DNA from: a virus
Strand: one strand, 5' to 3'
IMG/VR virus record: IMGVR_UViG_3300021429_002604
Span: 1-64,000 of that record
DNA: 64,000 nucleotides
Shown here piece by piece: positions 9,933 through 19,750 of the stretch; within the stretch, counting starts at the first letter, position 1, and each line of letters starts with the position of its first letter. A program made the translations under genes and the position numbers. The notes beneath the pieces are model-generated. The model searched no databases. It had not been told where the DNA came from and was given only the letters and a program-made list of their open reading frames with translations.

Positions 9933-12422
9933 ATGAATTTTTACCCAGAAGATAAATTTCCGAAAAAAGGAACACCTGTTACCGACGGTAACGGTGAACA
10001 ATATGACCTATCCGAACAGAGGTATAATTATCATGATGATTTACAGAACACATCAAAGATAAAAGAATCCTCTGTTGACAACATATATTCTACACCAGGA
10101 GCCGCTTCTGCAAGGGCTCAGCAAATAGGATGTGGTGGATATCATGAGGTCACTATAAACGGAAACACCTACTACAAACCTTGTGAATCTTCTTCGTATT
10201 ATGACATAAGGATAGAGCAACTGGAGAGTGCTCTAAACTTCACGTACATCGGAAGTTACCGTGTACTTACCTGGGATAAGCCTTTCGAATATGTTACTAA
10301 ATTCAATGGATGGATTATAGATGCTTCCAATAGTAGTAACTCCGGATCCGCGATAGATGCAAATGATATTTCTATAGACTTCAGATATAGTATTGATGGA
10401 AAAACATGGTCGCTTTGGACAAACGTAGGAACAGCACTAGGTGGACTTACTAACGAATTTTCGGATCTTTTCGAAATCACATTGGATCCTAATAATAAAT
10501 TCTATCCCGAATTTAGATTCACTTCGGTTCTTGTAAATGATGATGGCACCATAGTTTATAATACCAACGAGCCAATAGATCCATCAATAGTTATTGTTAG
10601 TTTCGAATTGGATCTTGATTATGCTCCTACTCCGGAAGTTGTAATCTATAAACCGGCAGCAATATGCTCAAACGAGATATCGAACAGACCGGTCGTTTTT
10701 TCTGATTGTAAATTCACATTTAATCCTTATGCTGTAAATAGAGCATTAAATCTATATCAGGATCTGAGTCTGATGGTTAATAATGTATTTGGATTGGAAG
10801 CTAATTATTATTCAGTACAGCCACAAGCCAGAGGTAAGGATGTTATTTTAAGGGAGTATACGATATTTAATGTTGTTGACGAAAAATGTGTTAAGCTATT
10901 GGTTCCTCAGAATCAATTTCCTGATAACAAGATTAACTTCGACCCATTTGGACTTCAATTCGAGGAGCCTTTTGAGATACAGATTGATAAAAGATATTTT
11001 GAAGGAATATTTGGAAAGGGATCTCAGCCTAGAAAGAGAGATATTATATACTTTCCTATAACTAATAGAATCTATGAGATAAATTCAACGTATTTATTTA
11101 GAGATTTTATGAATGCTCCGGTATATTTTAAGATAGAGCTTAAGAAATATAATCCTAAAAGTAATACTTATTTTCAAGATCCAGCATACAAGGAGGAGTT
11201 GGATGGAATATCTCTAACCACTGAGGATCTATTTGGTGATGATGTTAGAGCTGAAGAACTTAAGGCTGCTAAACCGCAACAATATGCTACCACGATAACT
11301 CAAATGTCTCAAGATCCTATCAGATCTTATGTTTATAAGGATCTTTCTATTATAGGATATGATCTTAATAATAACTGGACTATAGTTTTAAATCATTATT
11401 ATGACCTTTACGAGGCTTTCGCTGATGATTCAGAATTTGGATATGATCCTAATAGATATAGAAATGCCATAAGATATAAGATACTACCTGAACTTGCTTC
11501 AGCCGGTGAACTTGCGTATACCTGTTGGTTTACACTTAAGGATTTCTATGATAACCAGCAAATGCTAAGAAGACCCTATCCAGTACTGAACTTAACATTA
11601 GAATCTTCCGATTCGAATTACCTTTATTTTAATAGCTATCCTAAGAGACATAGATTATCCAGATGGGAATCCTATGCTTCTAATCCGGAGGGATATGTTG
11701 CTATACAGGGGGATAAACTTCACTCTGGAGGATATGAAGTTGTTGAGGTTATAGACGAATATAGGTTCACCATAAAGAATAATTCAACAACATTTTCTGA
11801 TGGAACCATCATATGGAAAATGCAAAAGGCACAAAGCAGAAACCTAATAAGCGGATTATATTTAACGGAGAATGACGATATAAAGGGACTTAGAATTGAC
11901 CTGATACATTCTGGTGTTACTGACGAAACATCAAACCCTTTCTTAGGACAGGGAAGTTTAGTGATAAGATTAAATGACACCGTTATAAATTCACCTCTAC
12001 AATTCACCCCAGAATACGGAAGCTGGTATGGTGTTGTTGTAAATGTATCTAACGTTTATAAACAAATCGCTGCTAACATCTGGGAAATGTCATATGATCC
12101 TACAAATCCTGCTGAACAGTCTAGTAAGCTTGATAAAGTCCACGAAGAAGTTAGAATGTTTACCACACCAATAACTTTCAAAGCACCATCAGATAAAGTT
12201 ACCGATACCTCTAGTCCTTATTATGGAACCGATAATAATTCATATAAGGTATTTACTGGACCAATTTATTTAAGCAATGTGAGATTATTTAAAAATATGA
12301 TAGATATAGATACACAATCAACAGTACTGAACCAAAACATCGTGCGTGACGCGCAGCTCGCACACATCATTGATAACGCCAAACCTCTATTGAACATGCC
12401 TAAGTTTGCACGAAATAGATAA
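9933..12422 (+). CDS. Neck protein (T4 gp14-like core) with N- and C-terminal extensions
   Basis: FGLQFEEPFEIQIDKRYFE...PRKRDIIYFPITNRIYEI resembles gp14; lies upstream of terminase; late motif at 9905. Confidence 0.65.
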   Translation: MNFYPEDKFPKKGTPVTDGNGEQYDLSEQRYNYHDDLQNTSKIKESSVDNIYSTPGAASARAQQIGCGGYHEVTINGNTYYKPCESSSYYDIRIEQLESALNFTYIGSYRVLTWDKPFEYVTKFNGWIIDASNSSNSGSAIDANDISIDFRYSIDGKTWSLWTNVGTALGGLTNEFSDLFEITLDPNNKFYPEFRFTSVLVNDDGTIVYNTNEPIDPSIVIVSFELDLDYAPTPEVVIYKPAAICSNEISNRPVVFSDCKFTFNPYAVNRALNLYQDLSLMVNNVFGLEANYYSVQPQARGKDVILREYTIFNVVDEKCVKLLVPQNQFPDNKINFDPFGLQFEEPFEIQIDKRYFEGIFGKGSQPRKRDIIYFPITNRIYEINSTYLFRDFMNAPVYFKIELKKYNPKSNTYFQDPAYKEELDGISLTTEDLFGDDVRAEELKAAKPQQYATTITQMSQDPIRSYVYKDLSIIGYDLNNNWTIVLNHYYDLYEAFADDSEFGYDPNRYRNAIRYKILPELASAGELAYTCWFTLKDFYDNQQMLRRPYPVLNLTLESSDSNYLYFNSYPKRHRLSRWESYASNPEGYVAIQGDKLHSGGYEVVEVIDEYRFTIKNNSTTFSDGTIIWKMQKAQSRNLISGLYLTENDDIKGLRIDLIHSGVTDETSNPFLGQGSLVIRLNDTVINSPLQFTPEYGSWYGVVVNVSNVYKQIAANIWEMSYDPTNPAEQSSKLDKVHEEVRMFTTPITFKAPSDKVTDTSSPYYGTDNNSYKVFTGPIYLSNVRLFKNMIDIDTQSTVLNQNIVRDAQLAHIIDNAKPLLNMPKFARNR

Positions 12423-12425
12423 GAT

Positions 12426-13208
12426 ATGCCAAGAAGAAAACCAAAACCTGAAAAGGTCGTACAGGAAAAAATAAAAGAAAGTTTAGACTCCATCATAATG
12501 GAGGAGGCACTAGATAACATACTTTCTGATACCGATGAACTTCCCAGATTAAAAACCACTGAGATGATGGATTTTGCTGGTGAGAAGTCCACTGCTTTGT
12601 CCGAAGCCAAAGCATTATTGGATTCCATTACTAAATTTTATGTCGATTTAGATCAAACAGAATCCCACGTGGAGTTTAAGAAAAAAGCGGACACGATGAA
12701 TCTCTCCGCTATGATGTTTCAACTAAAATCAGCTCAACATGCCATTACTAAAATATTAGAGGAGATAGATTTAGGTAATATGCATCCCAGACTCTTCGAG
12801 GTCTTAGCTCAGCTACAATCTCAGATAATGCAGATGCCCAAGGATTATCAGGCATATCTGGAAAAGATGGAGCAGAATTACAAGAAGACAAAGATAGAGA
12901 TAGAGGAGAAAAGACATTCCGGTGGGATGGTGCTAGATCAGGTTCCTGGATCTGATGGTGTTTATCTTTCAACAGGTAACCAAAGTGACAGCGGGCTAAG
13001 ATCAAGGGGAACCAGAGGTATAATGGAGGGACTCCGGGATATTATAGGTTCTGAGATTATTGACGTTAAACCGGAGGTCATAGATCCTAATGCGGTTGTT
13101 AATGCTAGAGACAAAAAAAGGATCGACGCACAAAATCCGATGAGACAGGATTCCGATACCTATGAGGATCCAGATGAATATGAAATCGAGGATGATATAC
13201 TAGAATAA
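12426..13208 (+). CDS. Probable terminase small subunit
   Basis: Helical protein with acidic tail directly upstream of the large terminase; call is mostly positional. Confidence 0.45.
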   Translation: MPRRKPKPEKVVQEKIKESLDSIIMEEALDNILSDTDELPRLKTTEMMDFAGEKSTALSEAKALLDSITKFYVDLDQTESHVEFKKKADTMNLSAMMFQLKSAQHAITKILEEIDLGNMHPRLFEVLAQLQSQIMQMPKDYQAYLEKMEQNYKKTKIEIEEKRHSGGMVLDQVPGSDGVYLSTGNQSDSGLRSRGTRGIMEGLRDIIGSEIIDVKPEVIDPNAVVNARDKKRIDAQNPMRQDSDTYEDPDEYEIEDDILE

Positions 13209-13209
13209 T

Positions 13210-15033
13210 ATGGAGGATTTATTAGAAAATGGAGTCCAGCAGGAAACATCCTATTGGACAACAGCCAGAATAGATGAGCTATTAAGGAGAGTTGATGGGG
13301 AAGGTCTAGATTATAAAAGTGTAGAAAATCCATTTCATGACAATAATCCGGATCTCAAAAGAGCCAACGTTCTCTGGGAGTACACCAAAGATGAGATACT
13401 TGAAATGAAAAAATGCGCGGAGGACGTGACATATTTTGCCAAGTATTGTAAGGTAATGACCGATACTGGATTGGATTATATCAGACTGAGAGATTACCAG
13501 GATTCAGTTCTTAGGGAATATCAGGGTAGCAGATTTAATATCTTTCTTGCACCGAGACAGGTTGGTAAATCGATCACCTCTTCTATAATTCTTGTTTGGT
13601 ACCTACTTTTTAACCATGATAAAAATGCAATGATCCTGGCCAACGTCGGTGACACTGCGGAGGAATTAATGGACAAGATTAAATCTATTATTAAGGGGCT
13701 ACCATTCTTTTTAAAGCCAGGTATAATGGTAAACAACGTTATGTCAATGCGTTTTGATAACGGATGTAGAGTTTTAGCAAAGACTACAACTAAAACTTCC
13801 GGTATTGGTTTTACAATTCATTTCTTATACATGGATGAGTTTGCCCACATTAACCCCAATTTTATCGAGGCTTTCTTTAGATCCACATATCCAACAGTTT
13901 CCTCGTCCAAGGTCTCCCGGATCATAATCACATCGACACCTAATGGAATGAATAAATTCTATGAAATTTATCAGGGTGCTCTCGACGGTGAAAACAGTTT
14001 TAATCCAATCAGGGTGGATTGGTGGCAGGTTCCCGGCAGAGACGAAGCTTGGAAACAGAGGGAGATAGGTAACTTAGGAAGTGAAGAGCTATTCAATCAG
14101 GAATACGGTAACCAATTTTTAAGTTCATCAAGTTTACTTTTGGGATCCAATGAGCTTAAAAAAATAAGAAAAAATGAAGTTGAATATTCCTGGAAAGAAA
14201 TCAGTTGTCTTCATGATAACGGTGTTAACTACGAGAATCTAATATGGCACCCTAAGTTCGACCTGGATAAATGCGACGGCCCGGGTAAGAAATTTGTGTT
14301 ATCTATAGATTTGAGTGCTGGCGGAAAGGGAGACTTTACGGTTATTAATATATTTAAGGTTACTCCTTTACCTAAGACAGTGATTGATAGAATAGAGGAA
14401 TTTGAGGACGAGGCTGATTTTTTTGGACTCGTCCAGGTCGGCGTATTTAGAGATAATGAAATTAAGCTTGAGGAGTTTACTAAACTTGTACAACTTCTCT
14501 GCAGCGACCTCTTTACTGTGGATAGGGTTAAGATCGCATTAGAGATGAACTTTAAGGGCGAGATATTATATGACAAACTCACCGTCAGAGATGATTTTTA
14601 CGATGAGATGTTTCTGTTTACTAAACACAGCGAAAGTGCCAGAGTACTAAAACCGGGTATAAAATACAACGAGAAAAACAAGATGAAGTATTGTGAATTG
14701 CTCAGAAGCCTGGTTAAGAGCGATAAAATCTTAGTAAATGAGAAGAAATGGACTATACCCGAGCTTTTCACTTTCGGGTTAAATTCGAGAGGAACTTACT
14801 CGAGCCAGAGCGGACATGATGATGTTGCAATGACCCTAGTTAATTTACCAGGTTTATTCGATGGATATGACTTTAATCAGATAGTTGGTGACGTCTTTGA
14901 TGAGCTTACGGAAAATCCATATAAGGACATAATAATCAGAAAAATTGAGGGTGGACAAATATTAGACGAGAATCAGAGAGGACCTAGTACCAAGGATGGA
15001 AGAAGCTACGGGGATTTTAGTAAACTCATGTAA
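13210..15033 (+). CDS. terL: Terminase large subunit (T4 gp17-like)
   Basis: PRQVGKS (Walker A), FLYMDEFA (Walker B), IITSTPNG, FNQEY, and nuclease motifs SIDLS and GHDDVAM. Confidence 0.97.
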   Translation: MEDLLENGVQQETSYWTTARIDELLRRVDGEGLDYKSVENPFHDNNPDLKRANVLWEYTKDEILEMKKCAEDVTYFAKYCKVMTDTGLDYIRLRDYQDSVLREYQGSRFNIFLAPRQVGKSITSSIILVWYLLFNHDKNAMILANVGDTAEELMDKIKSIIKGLPFFLKPGIMVNNVMSMRFDNGCRVLAKTTTKTSGIGFTIHFLYMDEFAHINPNFIEAFFRSTYPTVSSSKVSRIIITSTPNGMNKFYEIYQGALDGENSFNPIRVDWWQVPGRDEAWKQREIGNLGSEELFNQEYGNQFLSSSSLLLGSNELKKIRKNEVEYSWKEISCLHDNGVNYENLIWHPKFDLDKCDGPGKKFVLSIDLSAGGKGDFTVINIFKVTPLPKTVIDRIEEFEDEADFFGLVQVGVFRDNEIKLEEFTKLVQLLCSDLFTVDRVKIALEMNFKGEILYDKLTVRDDFYDEMFLFTKHSESARVLKPGIKYNEKNKMKYCELLRSLVKSDKILVNEKKWTIPELFTFGLNSRGTYSSQSGHDDVAMTLVNLPGLFDGYDFNQIVGDVFDELTENPYKDIIIRKIEGGQILDENQRGPSTKDGRSYGDFSKLM

Positions 15034-15080
15034 TAATGGTTATTTAAATATCCTTTATCAATAATTCCTGTTTCTTTTTT

Positions 15081-15088
15081 GATATATA
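15081..15088 (+). promoter_or_regulatory. Class III (late) promoter GATATATA
   Basis: Intergenic, 37 nt before the sheath gene. Confidence 0.7.
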
Positions 15089-15117
15089 GTCTAGAAGCAA
15101 AAATATCTTGAAAAATA

Positions 15118-18100
15118 ATGGCAAATAAGGTAAAAATAGACTACTCACAGTTTAGAGCATCTGGAGTTTATACATTAGAATTTGACGCGTCACAAAACGT
15201 CATTCTAACGTCTCAGACTATTAGATTGGTTGTAGGTTTCTCTAACAAGGGGCCTTTCAATACCCCAGTCTATATCCCGGATGTAACAACTCTTATATCT
15301 ATTTTTGGTGACGTAGACAGATCACTAGAAAATAAAGGATCTTTTTTCCAAAGATCCATCTTAACATGTTTAAATACTGGACCGGTCTTTGCGTTGAATC
15401 TATTAAGATTAAATGACGACGTAGATACTGCAGATCCGGACGAAGCAACTTATCAGGCTTATTCTGTTGACACCGAGGAATATAACGGTGTTATCACTAG
15501 CAAACTATATTCATCCTACTATAACAAGGAGAGATTCTGGTTTGCTGATCCTAATTATTTCCTTGCAACACTAAGTGTTGCCGATCAAGGAAAACTTTTC
15601 AGCTTAACCAATCTTGGAAAAACTCCTATGAGTATAATAGTTAGAAAATCTACGGATTCTTCTAAGCCTCTTAAGGGTTTTGATATTTTCGCAATCGATT
15701 GGTATGGAGCAAATAACGTTCCGACGTTTATGCACCCTTACGATTACATCTCGGATTATTTCATAGATGTTATTGCAATTTATGGTAACTGGACAAATTA
15801 TCAAGCTCTTGCAATCGATCCTAAATGGACCACATATTTCACTAATAATGGATTCATCAAGAGCAGAATAGACTCTTTCCTTGCTGAACCTGACGTTTCG
15901 ATCGTGACTACAATAACTGGATGTATCATACCGGACTTCGTTGATCTTAACGGAGTTAACCAGTATATACAAACATTAGTTAACAACGGAACACCTTCAA
16001 CAGGTTTATTCTGTGCTATCGACGAACAAGCATTTGATGATATCTGCGATAATTCATCCAGGATAGATCTAGTAGGAAATCACCTAATCGACGAATTAAG
16101 TGGAGATAGAGATTTAGCTACACCTAAAATTAACTTCTTAAGTTACGATCAGGTGTTAGTTGCCGATTACCTATACAATCAAAATGTAGTTGGAGTTACC
16201 GGTGCTACTGGTTTCAATAGTGCTACTGGTGCTACTGTTTACACGACAGGTGCTAACGTTGGTACATTATTCACTCTAACCGGTGCTACTGGTTCAACCG
16301 CAGGTGTTGTTTACCAATCATTTAATACATACGATCCTTCAGCATATGACGGAGGTTTACACTATCTTCAAACATCAGGAGCATACGGTGTGACCGGAGG
16401 TTATATGGCAAATTCTACTGACGTAACGGAGCTTAAGAGTTTCCTAAGTGTTAGCTCATCAAACGATCAGAAATTCATTTTAGGTGTGGTGACTGGTTAC
16501 ACTGGAGGTTTAACTGGAGGTTTAATTAATCAATTCTCTGAAGCTAACCTAGTTAAACTTAAAGTAACTGGAACTAAAGACGTTTCGGGAGCTCTTAGAA
16601 TATTCTTTACCCACCCATTGGATACATCTTTCTATAGATCTCAAGGTATAATTGTTAAACCTACTTACAACCTAACATCTTATAATACCGGTGCCTCTGG
16701 AAGTAACCAACCTTTCTATACGGATGCTTATCAGTTTGGTAATTCTGATTATTTAAATATCGAAAGCGTAGCAACACCAGAAGGTGTTACTGGACCTGGT
16801 GCTCCTTTTGGAGTTTCTAATACCATCGTAGCCTACAATGCTTCTGATCTATATCAGGATAATAAATATGCAGAAGTAACTGACGGAGATTTGGCATGGA
16901 CAAACTCAGCAGGAACCCAACTTAAATACTTAGGGTTTGAGGAAACAGTTGATAGAGACCAATTCAATCTGGTTTATACAAGAGCATTTTCTAGCGTTGA
17001 TCTAGACACTGTAACAATCGCTAATGTACCTGGATTTGGTACAACATACGCTTCGGATAACATTGGTAATCCAGTAAGTGCACAAAGTTTTGATATAGTT
17101 TCTCAGGAAGGCTCAATCAACCAATTCGTAGATTGTACAAGAATAGACGTTACCACATTCACTGTAACTTTGGATGCTAACGGTAATTCTCCATTCTCTG
17201 TTGGTGATTTGGTTGTATCGACAGATCTTGATATCTGCGAGCCTGCAACAGGAAATAGACAGAATAGATTAGCTAAGATCACTTCAGTTTCTCGTACAAC
17301 TACAGCGGGAGTATACAGAGTGGTAGCTGCAAGACCAGTTTACTACTATTCTACAACAAACGGAGTTAGAGTTCAAAAATTCTTATCTATAGCTCAATTC
17401 ACTAGATCTTTTGATTTATCATATCTTTCAGGATTTGTAATGACTGATTGGCATAGACCTAACGGAAGTGATGCTAGACTAACTGAGATTTTGGACGTTA
17501 TGTATGACACCAATATAGCTAAAACATTAGCTTCTAAGGACGTTATTTCATTCAGATACATCGTAGATACATTCTCTGGACAAATCCTACCTAATTCTAA
17601 ATATCAGCTTAGTAAGCTTGCTAAATTGAGACAACAAGCACTTGCTATTATTAACGCGCCTTCAATGGCTCAATTTAGAGCTAGTACGGATCCTAGATTT
17701 ACCGATGCTCCAACAGCAGCTAATCCTTATCCTAAATTGAACACTGCTTATATCGCAGACGGAGGTAACTTATCACTTAATCCTTCATACACATTCAGTC
17801 TACCGACTGAAGATGATGGAGCTAAATTCTGCGGTTTCTACTCACCTTATATTACGGTCAGAGAATCAAACAGAAACGTTGAAGTACCACCAGCAGCTTA
17901 TGTTTCTAATAATTTCCTTAGAAAATTTGCTAACGGAGAACCTTACGCAATTATAGCAGGTCAAAAAAGAGGGGTAATAAGCGGATCAAGCGTGGTAGGA
18001 GTTGAATATGACTTTACTGATGAGGACAGAGGAAATCTTGAACCATTCGGAATTAACCCGATCATCAAGAGAAGAGGAATTGGTGTGGTTATCTTCGGTA

Positions 18101-18471
18101 ACCAAACAGCTTACCAACAAGTTAACTCTGCATTTAATTTAGTTCACGTAAGAGATCTTTTAATTAGTATAGAATCTGACGTTCAGGAAATCCTATCTAA
18201 TTACTTATTTGATTTCAATGACGATTCAATCAGACTTGAAATAAAAACATTGGTTGATAACTACTTAGACGGTGTAAGAGCAGGTGGAGGTATTTATGCT
18301 TACCAAACTATCATGGATGCTTCTAATAACACTCCAGCAATTATCGACATGAACATGGGTATAATTGATGTTATTATCGAACCTGCTAGAGGAATTCAGA
18401 AATTCATTAATAGAATTACTGTTACTAGAACTGGCGGAATCGCAGCAGGTGGATTTATACAATTCGTATAA
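15118..18471 (+). CDS. gp18: Tail sheath protein (gp18-like) with large Gly/Thr-rich insertions
   Basis: SGVYTLEFD...GPFNTP at the N-terminus; VPPAAYV, GINPII, GNQT, HVRDLL, FDFND, and DVIIEPARG at the C-terminus. Confidence 0.95.
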   Translation: MANKVKIDYSQFRASGVYTLEFDASQNVILTSQTIRLVVGFSNKGPFNTPVYIPDVTTLISIFGDVDRSLENKGSFFQRSILTCLNTGPVFALNLLRLNDDVDTADPDEATYQAYSVDTEEYNGVITSKLYSSYYNKERFWFADPNYFLATLSVADQGKLFSLTNLGKTPMSIIVRKSTDSSKPLKGFDIFAIDWYGANNVPTFMHPYDYISDYFIDVIAIYGNWTNYQALAIDPKWTTYFTNNGFIKSRIDSFLAEPDVSIVTTITGCIIPDFVDLNGVNQYIQTLVNNGTPSTGLFCAIDEQAFDDICDNSSRIDLVGNHLIDELSGDRDLATPKINFLSYDQVLVADYLYNQNVVGVTGATGFNSATGATVYTTGANVGTLFTLTGATGSTAGVVYQSFNTYDPSAYDGGLHYLQTSGAYGVTGGYMANSTDVTELKSFLSVSSSNDQKFILGVVTGYTGGLTGGLINQFSEANLVKLKVTGTKDVSGALRIFFTHPLDTSFYRSQGIIVKPTYNLTSYNTGASGSNQPFYTDAYQFGNSDYLNIESVATPEGVTGPGAPFGVSNTIVAYNASDLYQDNKYAEVTDGDLAWTNSAGTQLKYLGFEETVDRDQFNLVYTRAFSSVDLDTVTIANVPGFGTTYASDNIGNPVSAQSFDIVSQEGSINQFVDCTRIDVTTFTVTLDANGNSPFSVGDLVVSTDLDICEPATGNRQNRLAKITSVSRTTTAGVYRVVAARPVYYYSTTNGVRVQKFLSIAQFTRSFDLSYLSGFVMTDWHRPNGSDARLTEILDVMYDTNIAKTLASKDVISFRYIVDTFSGQILPNSKYQLSKLAKLRQQALAIINAPSMAQFRASTDPRFTDAPTAANPYPKLNTAYIADGGNLSLNPSYTFSLPTEDDGAKFCGFYSPYITVRESNRNVEVPPAAYVSNNFLRKFANGEPYAIIAGQKRGVISGSSVVGVEYDFTDEDRGNLEPFGINPIIKRRGIGVVIFGNQTAYQQVNSAFNLVHVRDLLISIESDVQEILSNYLFDFNDDSIRLEIKTLVDNYLDGVRAGGGIYAYQTIMDASNNTPAIIDMNMGIIDVIIEPARGIQKFINRITVTRTGGIAAGGFIQFV

Positions 18472-18515
18472 TGATATTTACTGATTTTAGAGGCAAAAGA
18501 TAAATATAACTAACT

Positions 18516-19070
18516 ATGGCAGGATTATCACATTTTCAAAATTCACTTTCAGGAATAAACAAATTCGAACCTGTTTATCTGAACCAGTTTGAGGTAACAA
18601 TTATACCTCCTGGTGCTGTAGCTGGTGGTGAAATAATGCTTCAGCACGTAAGTAAAGTTAGTGGACTTTCACTCGATAAAAATCCAGGTATAACTAGTCA
18701 GAAGTATAAATTTGCTAAAAGAAACTATGCTGGTGCTAAACCTGAAACCACCTATATGGACGTTAGTTTAAGTTTCAGCGTCAATTTAAATGATGCTAAT
18801 TCGATGTATGTCTTTAAAACACTAAGACAATGGTCGGATCTTATCTATAATCCATTAACGGGTGCAATGGGGCTTAAAAATGATTATACCGGTACTATCG
18901 TTATCTCTATATTCAATAAACAAGGAGACGTTTTCAGAAGAATAACCTGTAAAGATTGTTTTCCTACTAAGCCAATCTCTCCAATGAATTTAAGTTATCT
19001 TTCGACTGATCTATATAAGATAGATGATATGACTTGGGCGGTTGATTACTGGGAAGATTTATTCTTATAA
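18516..19070 (+). CDS. gp19: Tail tube protein (gp19-like), copy 1
   Basis: Follows the sheath; NQFEV, LRQWSDLI, VFRR....CFP, W.VDYW. Confidence 0.85.
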   Translation: MAGLSHFQNSLSGINKFEPVYLNQFEVTIIPPGAVAGGEIMLQHVSKVSGLSLDKNPGITSQKYKFAKRNYAGAKPETTYMDVSLSFSVNLNDANSMYVFKTLRQWSDLIYNPLTGAMGLKNDYTGTIVISIFNKQGDVFRRITCKDCFPTKPISPMNLSYLSTDLYKIDDMTWAVDYWEDLFL

Positions 19071-19084
19071 AATAAAAAATAGAA

Positions 19085-19660
19085 ATGGCAGGATTACCAC
19101 ATTTTACAAATTCTAAAGCGGGAATAAACTACTTCGAACCTGTTTATTTAAACCAGTTTGAGGTTTTAATAAATCCTCCATCTGGGATTGTTGCTGCATC
19201 AACCACCTTTAAAGGTGAAAGTATATTGGCACAGCAGGTTAAATCAATAAGTGGATTAACAGTTGACATCGCTCCAGCACAAACTATTAACCAGCAGTAC
19301 AAGTTTGCTACAAGAAGATATGCTGGAGGTGAGCCTTCCCAGAGTGATATGACTTTAACTATGGAATTCGAGGTCAACTTAAATGATGCTAATTCCATGT
19401 CGGTTTACAAGATTCTTAGACAGTGGTCAGATTTGATCTATAATCCACTAACTGGGGCAATGGGCATAAAATCTGATTATGTGGGATCTATGTCTATATC
19501 AATATTCAACAAAAGAGGGGATGTTTTCAGACGAATAAGAATACCTTCTTGCTTCCTAAGTGAAGCTATAAATGCGATGGATCTTGATTATGAGCAGTCA
19601 ACAATCTATAGTGTAACGACTAGCTGGGTATGTGATTATTGGGAAGATCTATTCCTTTAA
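19085..19660 (+). CDS. gp19: Tail tube protein (gp19-like), copy 2
   Basis: Paralogue of copy 1 (FEPVYLNQFEV, VNLNDANSM, RQWSDLIYNPLTGAMG, DYWEDLFL). Confidence 0.85.
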   Translation: MAGLPHFTNSKAGINYFEPVYLNQFEVLINPPSGIVAASTTFKGESILAQQVKSISGLTVDIAPAQTINQQYKFATRRYAGGEPSQSDMTLTMEFEVNLNDANSMSVYKILRQWSDLIYNPLTGAMGIKSDYVGSMSISIFNKRGDVFRRIRIPSCFLSEAINAMDLDYEQSTIYSVTTSWVCDYWEDLFL

Positions 19661-19689
19661 TAACTAATAATAAAAAATATTTAAAATTT

Positions 19690-19714
19690 GAGGCCTATTT
19701 TGGCCTCTTTTTTT
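19690..19714 (+). terminator. Rho-independent terminator after the tube genes
   Basis: GAGGCC-tatttt-GGCCTC followed by T7. Confidence 0.75.
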
Positions 19715-19750
19715 GTTTTGTGTTATATAATAGATAAAATCAAAATTATT

